From assembly GCF_006345805.1 (NCBI RefSeq), contig NW_021832829.1:186001-250000 (forward strand): DNA of 64,000 nt, in the 5' to 3' direction. This DNA is from Octopus sinensis. Taxonomy: Eukaryota. This document shows positions 34,725 to 48,159 of this stretch, in pieces; within the stretch, counting starts at the first letter, position 1, and every line of letters starts with the position of its first letter. The notes under the pieces were generated by a model. The model was not told the origin of the DNA. It worked only from the letters and a program-made list of their open reading frames with translations, and did no database searches. A program made the position numbers and the translations under genes.

Positions 34725-36512
34725 TATGAGTTATCTGAGGAGGAGGGAAAAGAGCCCAAATTTCTACCAGATATATTAATAGATGAAGAAATGATGAGGG
34801 AATGTGAGCAAGAAACCAGTTTTATTACCAAGCAATTGAATGAAATAAACGTGGATGAAGAAACACCTATCATATCCACCCGCTCTCTATCACAATCAAC
34901 CAAAAGAAAATACTTAGAAACAGAAGATAAATGTTAGCTAAAGACGAAATATAATGCAGTTATTGAAGGGTTCATAAGAAGTGAGAGAAGAAAAATCGAC
35001 AATGAAGATGATAAAAAAACATCATCTTTGATGAAATTGAAAACTGGATAAAGCTTTTGCAAGCTCAATCAATCAATTAAGTTTATTGTAATAATGAGTA
35101 AAAATAACCAAACAAACACAGAAGGTAAGCAGACCGGTAAATTTTTATACGATTTTTGGAACAACCTGTGTTTTGGAACAATTAATGTTCCAAACGAAGG
35201 TTAGACTGTAACAATAAATTATCACAATAATGTCTTGCAGTTCATGTCTGGCATTCCCTCTAGTCAAACAAAATTGGAAATAACTGTTGATGGCAATAAC
35301 GCTCTCCTCAATCAATTTTTCTATTACTCTGTACGTCCAGTCGTACTCCCGCACTTGTTTCAGTTTGGTGCGGACATGATTCAGGAGAGCCTCTCTATAC
35401 TGCACATAACAAAGTTTCTTTTTTTTACAAATTATTAGGTATGATACAGGGAATAAGTTATACACGAATTAATAAAGAGCCTGGAGGTCAGCTCAAAGTC
35501 GCCGCACTGCGTATCGAGTGGCAGTTTCCGCGGACAAAGTTTCTTATATTCCAGAAAGTCGTGTAAATTCATTATTTTCGAATCACCCTATATGTAAGTC
35601 AGTTTATAGAATTAATTTATAAAAGTGAAATTGCCACAACCATGAACTGAAAGATAAAATATTTAATCATTTACAGTTAAGATATAATCAATAAAATCCA
35701 AAGTATCCGTCAACACGGAAAAGATTTCCATGGAATCATTATGGTAGGATTTTCAACAGTCATGTCGGTCTCTGAATATTAGTATTACTAGCAAATACAG
35801 GTTTCGAAACTTATGCTGTTAAGGTAGCCAAAATAATTTACAACTTAGGCACACTAAAAATACAAAAATATCCTTTTCGTCGTGCAAATCGACGCAACTT
35901 GTATTCTTTCACTAAAAAAGACATAGAACAAATCATGGTCTTCCTTCCGACCAGTATTTGATATTGTTTTTTAATACAAAAAATAATCTTTCCACCGAGC
36001 TTTACCACTAACAAGCATCCTAAAAGTCATCCTTACTCTTAGCTGCTGTCGAGTAATATGATATCTAAAAAATGCAAAGCAGGGGCACACTAAAGAGAAC
36101 TGATCAATGCAGACCTCTCTCAAAAATACTCTTAACGAACAATGGGAAAACTGGGAAGAAATTAATTCACGATTACATCTCAACTCGTGCTATCAGGATG
36201 CTTAAAATAACAAACTCCTTGATTCTCCTCCGCCACCAGTTTATCCTTCAGAGCAATCACTCGACAGGTACTTCCGTGTCCAGCTTGCACGGATTCGCTC
36301 GGGACATCGTCCACTCTTTTTCGAAACACTCCGCACCCTCGCCCCTAAAGACCTTTTTTCCTGTCCTGGACCGCCTTACCAGTCATCACCCATTGGGATT
36401 CGGGATCTCTGGGAGCGCCCGATCTCCGCTGTCCGCTACCTGATTGCAGCCGGCTTCCTACATGCTAGAGAAGCCGGGGTAACTAACTAACTAACTAAAT
36501 TTATTTAATATC
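34725..36512 (+). repeat. Segmental duplication copy 2 (no hAT insertion)
   Basis: Near-identical to 17679-18400 plus 19995-21058. Confidence 0.92.
35985..36498 (+). mobile_element. (TAAC)n-tailed LINE 3' fragment (duplicate of 20530-21042)
   Basis: Near-identical sequence. Confidence 0.75.
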
Positions 36513-36599
36513 TATTATGTTTTCCATTAGCTCTAATTACATCTAGTATTCGGCCTGGCATCTCTATTCTAGAAAACAACAGACACATCATTTCTACTC

Positions 36600-37003
36600 T
36601 GGCTGATCAATGTAGATGTCTTTCAAAAATACTCTCAACCAACAATGGGAAAACTGCGAATAAACTAATCCATGACTACATCTCCTCTCGTGCTATCAGG
36701 ATGCTTAAAAACAACAAACTTCTCAACTCTCCCCCCCCGCCGGTCCACTCCTCAGAGCAATCACTCGGCAGATATCTCCGTGTCCAGCTTGCTCAGATTC
36801 GCTCGGGACATCATCCACTCATCTTCGAAACATACCGTTCCTTCACCCCCGAAGACCTCTTCCCCTGTCCTGGACCGCCTCACTTGTCTCCTTATTGGGA
36901 TTCGGGATCTCTGGGAGCGCCCGATCTTCGCGTCTCGCTACCTGATTGCAGCCGGCTTCCTACGTGCTAGTGAAGCCGGGGTAACATAACCAACTAACTA
37001 ACT
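36600..37003 (+). mobile_element. Diverged second (TAAC)n-tailed LINE 3' fragment
   Basis: LRVQLAQIRSGHHPLIFETY...EAGVT* then aactaactaact. Confidence 0.72.
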
Positions 37004-37878
37004 TGGTTTCACCTTCGCTTGGTTTCATTCTCAGCTAGTGACATAATAATTGTTTAACGACAGTGCGTATTCGTTTATGCAGTAAACACATACCAGTAGT
37101 TATTGTTTTTCATAAATTAATTATTCTATCCATGAGTTTCGTTGGATTGACCTCATAACTTTCTCTTTAATGACATTACTCTCTTTGTCTTTGTAATCCA
37201 CAAATAATGGTACTTTTTCATTCTTCCTTAGGTTAAAAATAAGATATTGTCCAGATTGGAGACAGATTTTTGAGGATTCAACTCCAACCCAACAGTTTCG
37301 AAAAATGTGCATCATTTCTACAATTTTATTCTCTTTGTGTGCAATGAATTTATGATCGTCTACAACGAACAAATGGTTTGTCGAGTTAGTCTCCGTATAA
37401 CGATCACTTTGGTTAATTACAAATTTATGAAATTTTGCATTTAGTATTTCTCTAAGAGGATCCATGATCAGATTTGAAGGAGATGATGAGTCTCTATTTG
37501 TAATCTTACGACAAGTTTTATGTTTTCAAACATTTTTAGTATTTATTCACTTACTTTATGTCGTCATTCAGCACTCAAAGAAGCTTATTACGTGAATGAC
37601 TTGGGAGCTTTTCCCCACCAGTTTCGTAGAATTCTTTGATCGTGATATTTGCCAGCGTGCGTAATTCAATTCTAAAAGCTGTCCAAACAACTTACAACCA
37701 TGATTAGGAGACTTGGAATCGAGAGGGGATCCTTCACTAAAGACAAACCACTTAAATCCTATGAGAGAGCAAAATTGCTTTCAGTGGTAAGGACCTCTGT
37801 CAATTCCTTCTTGAAATTAATAAATATTGATGGTATGTTAAATATAATTAAGTTTAGTTTCAAATAAATTAGTTAATT

Positions 37879-39000
37879 TGATGATACGTGTCATGCACAT
37901 TTGGTGGATTATCTACTCGGTGTATGCCCTGGAAATACTAAACGTGGAAAGTCACGTGCGGATGAGGAGGGGACTGGTGGAGGTGACAAGCACAATGGAA
38001 ACAGACTCGGGAAGTGAGGGACTGTTGCACTGCATATCGCCGAAGTATGTGAGGAATGTGTCGTCGGCAATGGTATAGTGTTGTGAGAGGGCAGTTAGTG
38101 GAAGAAGGACTGAGCCCTCTGAGGGAGTGGAATGGGTGTTATGAAGTGCCAGTGCGGAATGGGAGAGTGAGGATATTGACAACATTGATGGGAGTGGGAT
38201 GTGCGCGGGAGGAGGGTGTGGTCGTGACATGTAGTGTGGTGACTGAGTGGCAGTGAATGGGGTGGTCTACTCTCCCTACCCAATCAGACGACAGTCGACT
38301 GTCATTCACGGCACATTCCTCGACTATGAGAGAGGAGTGTTGGAGGGGAATACTCTGAGGGTGGACACAGTGGACGTGCCCCCCTACTCCCAAGTACTCC
38401 CTCCCCTTATTGCAGGATGACCTGTCCGTCTACTTGCTGGCCGACGACCCACAGCTGAGCATCACACAGTACAAGCGGAGGATTGCCATATCGCAGTGGG
38501 GGACAGTGCAGGTGAGTGAAGTGGTCGAGTTGGTCGAGGCATTGGGGAGACAGGTGTCTTCGGTGGTGACGCGTGTGCCCGTGGGGAGTTCCCGGGTGTA
38601 TTTCCGTGACCAAGTGGGGAATATCTCGACGAGTGCAGTGGACGGGCAGTTGGTCACTCTCACATTCCGATTCCCCCTCCGCAGTGGGTGGAACACACAA
38701 TTCGAGTTTGGGTATCAACTCCCCGCCCATTTGTGTGTGCACGTCCGTGGTTGGCCTGGTCTGCTCAGTCTAGATGGACAATATGTGTTTGAACACTCCC
38801 TCGTGTCCACCTTCTTCCAACACCAGTCCGTCCACAACATGCAATTGGAAATTGTGTTGCCACCTCACTCCACGGGTGTCCTCATCCACACTCTCCCTGT
38901 CCACTCAGGCAACTATTCCGCACATCTCGATGTCCTCTCCCCTCGACCCACAATCCTTCTCACTGCCACCAATCTCAACCCTCTCCACGCACAACCTTCA
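37879..39000 (+). CDS. RPN1: Ribophorin I (OST subunit 1) homologue, 3'-truncated before the transmembrane helix
   Basis: Signal-like N-terminus; YSPYP, DVPPYSQ|DD (22-nt intron), RIAISQWG, YFRDQVGNISTS, RFPLRSGW...FGYQLP, IVLP, HLDVLSPRP motifs. Confidence 0.85.
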
Positions 39001-39009
39001 TATAATAAT

Positions 39010-41154
39010 CTTCTATTTCCATACTTTTTCGCCACTTTTTTACGCAATTTCGTGTAAAGTAGATTATCGGCTTTTTGTTTCAATCAATTCTGCCACTTTT
39101 TCAAGCAATTTCGTGCATAAGAAGATTATCGGTTTATTGTTTCAAGCAAATTCGCTAGTTTTCCAAGCAATTCCGTTACTTTTTCAAGCAATTTCGCCAA
39201 TTTATTATTATATTTGCAACATACGTAGAATCATATTAGTTATAATTTTACTCGTGCAGCATTAAAAACAATCCTTTGAACCAGCCTCCTCCAACCTCCT
39301 CTGTCGTGAGCGAGTTTCCTCAGCTCGTCCAGATCCTCACCACTCCTTAGCCTTTCTTCACACATTTCAGGTCTCCGTCAAGTTTTCCGGCAGCGTAACA
39401 CGTGGAGTCCACGGAAGCTCGATCCTCTTTCAGAAGTAGCCCTCCATTGCTATGTTAGCTGGGGCAAGCATGTCCATTCGTAGAATATGGCCAAATAACC
39501 TCCACCGCATATTGACGATTTCCACACTCAGAGGGCAGTTCTGCATCTTTGTATCGATTCCTGGTTGATTCTTATAGGCCAGTTCAATCCCAGTAGGATC
39601 TAAGTTGCCTGCGGTGAAAAGAATCGAGTCCACGTTGTTCAGTACTAGACATTCCCCAGGTCGCCGAATTATATGTCAGGATTGGTTTGACAAAGGCTTC
39701 ATACATCCTCAGACGAAGTGACGTACAGAGTCGTCGTTTGCCGATCCACTCTTTCTTTATCTTGTTCATCGTGGCCCAAGCGAGAGCCTTTCTTCTGACA
39801 TTCATGGCCGTCCCCAGTAGAGAACCGAGTTTGTTCGTTTTGCGCCAGGCTTCACTTGAGCTGCTCTCCATCCTCATGATTTCAACGATGTCGGTTTTTC
39901 CAACGTTCATTTTAAGGAACCATCTGTTCAGCTCAGCAGGTGCCACTTCAAGGAGTCGAATAAGGCCGATTTGTCGTCTGACACGAAGTCGACGTCATCT
40001 GCATATACAAATTTTTTATATTTATTTTAAAAATAAATTTACCTTTTTTATGTCAATTAAATACATTTATAAACCTATTAAAAACTACATTTTTTGCCAT
40101 GAGTAGAAACAAAATTAATAATGATACTAGAAGATTGATAATAACTCACTCAAATTCAGGACTAAGCAATACGGAAATCTCAAAAATACTTAAACTTCCA
40201 AGGAGTACAATAGCTTCAATGGTTAACACATTTCATAATGAGGGAAGAATATTTAAAAAACCAACAGGTGGAAATAGATCATCAAAGCTAAATGAAAATC
40301 AAAAAAATCAAATTAGAGAATGGGTCGATTGTCATTGATGAAGTTGGATTTAATACATCACCAAGAACTAAAAAAGGGAGAGCAAAAATGGGTTCAATTC
40401 CATATTTAGTCACCGCCTCTGTAAGAAGCAGAAATTTTTCCGTTATTGCTTCCATGAATAAATATGGAATGATCATGAAAGAATTACACAATGGACCAAT
40501 AATGGAGAATTTTTTTGTGAATTTACATTGTTAACTTAAAATCTGCGTGTATTGACAATGGAATTGAATCCCCAGTTTTTATTATGGACAACGCTAAAAT
40601 ACACCATTAAAAACTGTTAAAATCAAAAATGAGTGAATTAAATTTGGAAATTTTATATCTACCAACATATTCACCATTTTTAAATCCAATTGAAAATGTT
40701 TTTCAAAATGGAAGAATCATGTAATCAGAGGAAATGCAAAAAAAGAAAATGAATTGTTTATTTTAATTAATGAAGGCTTTGAATCAATTACAGAAAATGA
40801 TTGTAATTAATTCTTTCGAAATATGTTACATTATGTAGCAAAATCATTGCAAAAAGAGCTGATCCATTAGAAATTGATTAAACTTAATGATTCTTTTGTC
40901 TCATTAATTTTGCTCTCTTTTTCGGCTTTCCTTTTTGAATAAATAATAATTCATTCATATAGCTATAAACAAAAATCTATATTAGTAAGACGAGTATATT
41001 TCTAAAAAATAAATTTTAAAAAATTTGGCGAAATTGCTTAAAAAAGTGACAGAATTTCTTGGAAAAGTAGCGAATTTGCTTGAAACAATAAACCGATAAT
41101 CTTCTTATGCACGAAATTGCTTGCTAAAGTGACGAAAATGTGTGGAAAACCCTA
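39010..41154 (+). mobile_element. IS630/Tc1-like transposon with long repeat-built TIRs, defective
   Basis: ~39020-39210 is inverted relative to ~41022-41154 (end GGAAAACCCTA|TA); transposase 40099-40870 has IDEVGFN, IMDNAKI and YSPFLNPIE motifs with deletions. Confidence 0.82.
39265..39995 (-). mobile_element. RTE-like LINE fragment nested in the IS630-like element
   Basis: LKMNVGKT, KLGSLL, RMYEAFVKPILTYN, RWRLFGHILRM. Confidence 0.8.
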
Positions 41155-41379
41155 TAATAAGTGATGAGTGTGTGACTTCGGAACAAATGGAGGATTTTGT
41201 TAATTGTTCGACTCCAGAATATCGCGTGGCCCAGGTGATAATTTATGAATCCATTTATTCGATGATTTTTAAATTTTCATTTTTCAGTATATCTTCAAAT
41301 ACAGATTAAAAAATTAATATCATCAACAAATTGTTTTAAACCCAAGGCTCTTTTGATAATTTAGTTTTCTTTAAGTTTA

Positions 41380-42350
41380 AATAAAGTAGTCGCTCTTTTT
41401 AAATGCAACTTTTACTGTTTTAAAATGCCCTTCAACTAGCAATCAGATGCTTAAAATGTAGAATCACGTGCCAGTAATAGAGCATAATTTTGTATGTCTT
41501 TTTATAATTTCCAAATCGTTTAGTATATGTTTTCTTTTAAATTTTCCAGCCATCTACATTTAAAATCAGTTATTTGACGTTTTTTTAAAAAAGTCTTCAG
41601 CCTTTGTAAGAACAATCAAATAATTAAGAATTGCTCCTCTGGTTTCTATCATTTCAATCCATGACATGGTATCTTCATCGATCTAAAATATGGATTTCGA
41701 AATAATTCTGAAAAAAGCAAAGTGGATGCATTCCGTCTGCTCTTAAGGTCGTTTAAGGATCGTCTTGAATTCACACGCTTGAATATTTTTAAAAAATAGA
41801 GGAGAATGATAGTTTTAAACTACGAAAAGACCCACAACTATCCCCATAATTCGAAATATTAAATTTCCATAATTCGGAGTATTTGAATGGTTTTACTTTG
41901 TCTTCAACAATGCTCTCAAAACTAGAGTTTCTCCGATTTTGTGAGATTCCTTACATTTTGCAATTTTGTAAGAAACTTTGTACGTAGCTAGTAAAGCGTT
42001 TGCGAGACGGAAACGAGTTTTTTAACGTTTTCGTTTGATTATCACACTTTTCTAATTTTCTTTTAGAAAATTCTTCGGACTTATAAACACATTCAATATG
42101 TTTCGTTTAGAAATGTCTTTTTATTTGCATGGTCTCATACTATCTGCTGAAAGTGTTTTAAAACGAGGAAAACAGAGGGATATTTCCAATGATTCAACAA
42201 TGATGCGCATGAATCCTAACAATAAGTAGGATGGATAATATTTTTTGTCTTTGGAGTCGTATTGATTATATTATAATTATTTTAACTATTTGAACCACCG
42301 TCAAAAGCGTATCACCATTTGAAAATCTCTGCTCTACACCATCCCTGCAA
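41380..42350 (-). mobile_element. Decayed Buster/ZBED8-type hAT transposase
   Basis: LSADSMRPCKxKRHFxTKH and SYKIAKCKESHKIGETLV motifs with stops and frameshifts. Confidence 0.65.
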
Positions 42351-42733
42351 GTACATCCTCGTCACAAAATTTACAAAAATTCTATTAGAAGTTGCTAGTC
42401 TTCATGCCCACTTCTCAGATTTAAATTATTGTTTCAGTAGTTTTCTCAGTTAAAACGTCCTTTTTTGCAACTTAATTTCTTTACAGTCATATTTGTTAAT
42501 TCTTTCATTTCTGTACTCGCCCTGCATATTTTCCTGTTCTTCCTTTGATATACGCATTGACTGAATCATTTACTTTGAGATTATTATCACGGTGTTTGTA
42601 AAAATAGCTTCCAACACCAATAACACCAAAGGTGAACTAAAGCAGGTTTATGATCTTTTACATGCCGAATATTGGACATCAAAATAATAAAAATTAAAAA
42701 TGTATTTGAAATGAAAACAAATAATAAAATCAG

Positions 42734-45700
42734 TCAGACGATCAAATCAAAACAGTTTGTACCACCAGTAGGAAGACCGAAAGCAATCCGAGAAGACGAA
42801 GATTTGAAATCATCAGAGGCACCTCAAATAAACCACACACAAATACCAATCGACAATGACTTTTGCAAAACTGAGGCTGCACTCTCAAAACTCATTCTTT
42901 GTATAAGAGAAGGATTATTCGACATGGTTTGCCTATGACATCCTTTATAAACCCCCTCTGATGTCATAAAGTCAGCAATTAGAGACAAATGTCGGTAATT
43001 AACGTTGATTCCATATATTTCAAACACAGATCGAATTTCCTTCCAAATCAAAAAAAACAAAAAACCTTGATTATATTTTTAGTTGCTGCCTCAATTCCAT
43101 AAATTGCTTGGACAGTCAATGTATCGTTAGACTCCAGCCGAGTAAAATCCAAAATATCTTCAAACTCCAATAAGCTCTAATAAATCAAAAAACCACTCAA
43201 CTTCGATATTGACTCCTTCCGTACAAAAAAACCTTTTGACGGCCGATCCAGCGTCCTTATTAATCATGACGAAAGATTTCTCGATTCCCTCACATTGATA
43301 CAGCACAGATTTCCCTACAACCTCCTCCAACGACGCAGTAATGTCAAAAACCGAGGCCGAAAAAGGAAACTTACATATTAATAAGAAAATACTTGAAGGA
43401 CAACTCTACTCCACTGACTGCCAACAAAATCGTAGTCATAATCAGAAACCACGCTTATTTTTTTGACGTACTAAAGTTTATAAATAAAACAACTGCAATC
43501 CTCTTTTGGTACTCAGATTTGTTTTTTGACGTTTTTTTAGTTTCTGGACTGCCATCGATATCGTTGCAGTAATATTCAGTCTTCTCGTCCTCGACGTCTT
43601 CCCCAGAATTGTCTTCCTCAGTTGAAGGATCCTCCTTATCGGACATTTGAGAGGACACTTCGCTCTTAAGATCCTCGCATTCTTCTTCGGAATTTGGTTC
43701 CTGGGGAACATCCGAATTTCGAGTTTTGAAACTTTGGCCATTACAAAATTCAGGGAACCTCATTGGTGCACAAGAAACCTGGGTTTTCCCAATTTCCGTG
43801 TTTAATTTTCGAATGAAACGTTGTTCAATAAAACGGAAAACTCTTTCCGCATCAACGGTTTCATTTATGGTTACTTGAATATCAAATTTAACGTAGTTAC
43901 TAATAATTTGAGTAAAAGCAAAGAAAACCATCCTCGTTCAGTTACGTAATACTGATTGATCTCAACCTTGTCCAAAACTTGTCGAAAATATATTTTTTCA
44001 GACTTTCTAAGCAATTTGGTGAGACGATCTTCGACTCCAGGAAACTCTCGAATGGGAACCTTCACGAATGGAGTCTTAGTTTTGCCGGTCGCGGACATGA
44101 TTATTTCCTTCAGTCGAGGCATTCCCAATGTAACATTCAAGTCCCCTACTCCCGCAAAATGGAACGTGTTGAGAGTCATTTGTGTTGAAGGCTCTCCAAT
44201 TGACTAACCAATCTTCAATGACCTAACCTGGGCCGCCAAGACTCCTACGTTCTCTCCAGGATCCACCAGAGAACACATATAACGGTAACTTATAAAGTCG
44301 CGGAAATCAGCTCTTGATAGTCCATTTGCATTCTCGGAATAAAAATGAATTAGAACCAAAAGATTTCCATTTTTGCGTACAAAATCCTCTACATTCTCTG
44401 CCATTAGATCGGATATTGCCCCAAACACCGTATCTGGACGAAAATGGCTTAACAGAGGATCAGGAAAATTTGAAATAAATCTAAAATAAACAATAAGTTC
44501 AAAAAACTCAAAAAAGTTACCTCATTCGAGCATCTCTATCCAGGGAATGCCAGGAACGAACAACAGTTTCAGCTTCCAACTCAGGATTACGAGAAAACAT
44601 CATATTTTCGAACATTTGATACCCACTAGCACGGACAGTCCCCTTCAAAATCTAAAACAGCTAAAATTTATGTAATTACCTTTTTCTGCATTTTCCTAAC
44701 CTTTGAACTCTCCTTTGACGTGAGAATCTCGACATTCTGTCTATTCATAAGCGATTTGTAATTTTGAAGTAAAAATGCGAATTTGCTTGACTTCAGACAT
44801 GAACCCTTGGTGGGGTCAATTCCGTCCTCTCCGTAATAAAACTGAAACTCAGTCAAAATACAAAAACCTGCACAATCGACCCGTCGTTATCCCTCACAGT
44901 CAGATCGTACCCCACGACCAAATTTTCAAGAGTTTTGATAAGACATCTTTGTAGATACCCACTCTGTGATGTTTTTATAGCCGTATCAACCAATCCCTCA
45001 AATATGATAAAAAAGTAAACCTCTCTCCCAGCCATACAATGGAAAAAGAAAGAAGGGACCTTCAAACCCGTGAGGAATCTATCTGTGACATACCCCCGTG
45101 AACGGGAGGAGGAAGAATATGGCGGATACATGGGGAGACACCTTCCACTTAACATCATGGCTGGACGAGCTCCCTCCAATTCAATTTGACCAACGAGGCA
45201 AGAAATCTGAGACACGTTGACGGACGACCCCTTGGCTCCGCATTCCGTCATTAGAGTCATGTTGTTGAAAGGGAATTGACGTTTAAATTCAACCGGAATG
45301 CACTGTGCCATATACTTGCTCTGTTCCTTCCCCAAAAGTGGTCGCATCTTTCTGTCCAGTTCAATCATTCCTTTTTTCGTGGAATGTGCCTGTCTGTAGA
45401 GTCGTTTGATCCCCGAATCGGTCATCTTGTCAAGTCCCAGTGCATAGGCAAGGTTTTGTGCGTCCTTGGCTGACACGGAATGGTTGAAGGCCTCGTATAT
45501 TTGTACCGCCTTTGAATTTAATCAGTTTTACTTACTTTTTTGGACATTATGGCATCTTCAATCCCAACAGAAAATCCTTGAGTCTTTAAAAAATTAGTGA
45601 AAAGACGAGATAAACACGTAAGAAAATCTGTAGCAACTCGTCCCCCATAAAGCTACAACAAGTTATTAATATTACCTCATAACATGTATGAATAAGTCCA

Positions 45701-47994
45701 TACGCAGATGATCCAATGTTGGTCTTGTCCAAGAAACCAACAAGCAGATCATTCTCCCGAATTATAACCGAACTCTCCTGCATGTGCACGTCATCAAAAA
45801 ACGACCCCGCATTAGCATGCATAGTCTGTGGATTATATTCGACTTTATACAGATGTGGAAATCTTGGTGGTACTGTTCAAATTGAGAGGAGGACAATTGG
45901 CGGGAATCATATTCATCAAAACTGCTGAAATCACCTGCTTTCCAGTCCAAAGCTTGCGAGGTTTTATGATCGCGGGAAGTGGAATAATTATTCGTCTCCG
46001 GATGGAATACAACCCAGAATACAAAAGGTGTCTGAACTGATCACCATCCAAAAATCGTCCTCGAAGACAAAGGAGAGTCCCTGTGATTAAATGGTCTTGA
46101 ATAAGTCCAAACAGAGGGGAGCCATCTTTAGGGACAATGTGCTGATTGGTTACCGAAGCTTGGAAAGCATAAATAAACAAGTCAAACCAATCACAAAGGC
46201 CTCACTCCGACATAGTTGGCTCTGAGGGAAATGACAGTTCAGCTCGTCTCCGTCAAAATCCGCGTTGTATGATTTACACGTTGAGTAGTGAATGCGGATT
46301 GTTTGTTGGTTGTCCAAAACACGAACTCGATGTGCTTGTACACTCTGACGGTGTAAAGTGGGTTGACGATTCATGTAAACAAAATCCCCAGTTTTTAGGT
46401 GACGTAATACTGTTTTTTGATCATTATTTATGGAGATGAGAAGTCTGTCCGCGATTGAATGTCTTTGTCGGTCATTCCGTGGATTTAGATAAACAGTGTG
46501 TCCTTCCTCGTCAATGACATACGAAGCACTTAAACTAAACGAGAGAACTTACCCAGGATATATTTCTGGCCCATTTATTACAGCGGCACGTAATTCCGAG
46601 ACATTAAAGTGAGTTACTCGTTCGGGGAAGGTCAGCTTTGAGGCAACAAAAGTCGGGATTCCCACCTCGTCTGCACCCAACAGTGGATCCGGCGATATGA
46701 CAGATCTTGCAGCAAAATTGACTCTTTTCCCCATCAAATTCTGACGCATAATTCCAGCTTTTTTCTCCAAAAACTACAACTTCTAACAACATGAATCGAC
46801 AACTTTTTTAAAGTCGTTTTTAACTCCCAAAACCTTGCTGTCCCCACAATATAAAGAATTCACTTTCTTTTGGAGTGCCTCCCATTGTTTTATCACATCA
46901 AACGCGACCTTCGACCTCAAAAATCAAAAAAACAACATTCTGTGAATCTTCTGAAATCTGGACAGCAGTTTCTCTAATTGAATTGGCTAATGACAGAATA
47001 TTGGAATATAACTGGGTTTTTATGTTCTCATATAACTGTCCGCGGACAAACATGACCTGGAAGTTATGCATGAAGAATAACCGGCCGGAATCTATTCGGG
47101 GTTACCAGCACTTCCGTGGTGAAAAATATATCGACAGAACAGTCCTCCAAAAAGCAAAAAAGTCGAGAAAACAGCTCCGAGTGTTTTTCCCAAACTTTTA
47201 AAAGCACTTTTTTGGCATCCGGGGGTAAAAGCCTTTTTGTGACCACCCTAGAATAAAAAACTAAAAAAACTACTTTTCATTTTCCAAGGTCTTGTACAAC
47301 ACCACTCCGCAGTTCTCAGAAGTTGGTTTCGCCATCCGCTTCCCACAATACGAACAAACGTCTTTCCGCAAAATAAAATTACGGAAAAAGTCGTCGTGAA
47401 ATTTTACACGACAGTCAAAAACAATTTTTGAAAAATCGTCATCTTTGTCTGAGATTTAATTTAATTACAAAACAACAATTTTTAAATTCTTTCAGTCTGG
47501 ATTTTATCATTTTTTTGAGTTTTTTATTTGAAACTTTTTGATCGGTCGACATTAAAAACAAATCTCCAAAAGATCGGAAAGCAAGGGCGTTTTCACGTTC
47601 GAGTGCTTCCAAAAGTGCCGAAGCAAGCAACAACCGGTTTTTGGAAATGGAAACAGCGCCACAGCTGAAACAAACTGACTTTATGATCTATTTTAATCAT
47701 TATTAGTACAAATACTACATTCATGAAATGGTCGAATAAAATTGGATTATAAACTGGAATTGGGAGAGATATGTGGCCAATGTGACCAAGACAATCTCCA
47801 GAATTGAGGCCACAGCGAACACAGACGTCTGCTCTGTCAGTTGGTCCGAGGGAGAGGTCGTGAAGTCCGTCTTTGTTGGGGAGCCCAATTAGGTCGTGAG
47901 ATTGAGGAACGAGGATTTCCTTTACTGATGAGCCTTTGATCTCCTCAGATGTGTATGCTGATATTTTCAGTCTTTTTAATTGTGTTTGTTCCAT
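42734..47994 (-). CDS. POLR1A: RNA polymerase I largest subunit, multi-exon
   Basis: LHDLSLGP...CVRC...CLGHIGHI; [16 protein letters not shown]; NRQPTLH; [11 protein letters not shown]; [24 protein letters not shown]; [12 protein letters not shown]; [11 protein letters not shown]; stop after [10 protein letters not shown]. Confidence 0.97.
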
Positions 47995-48159
47995 TTATAA
48001 ATCAACAATATGCACGTTTTTAAAAATATTTTATTATATATTTTAATCAATTGAAATATAATTTTAAAGATTTCTTTAATTAGTCAAATATACAACTATA
48101 ATAAAAATTACTTAAAAATACTTTAAATTTTGTTAAAATCAAGTTTCAAAATGCAACTT

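Noticed and set aside
37121-37790. 114-aa minus-strand ORF with possible upstream exons
   Set aside because: No recognisable motif, and an in-frame stop upstream; cannot be supported as a gene.
38407-38742. Antisense and alternative-frame ORFs over RPN1 and other GC-richer regions
   Set aside because: Shadow ORFs explained by high GC on the opposite strand of real genes or TEs.
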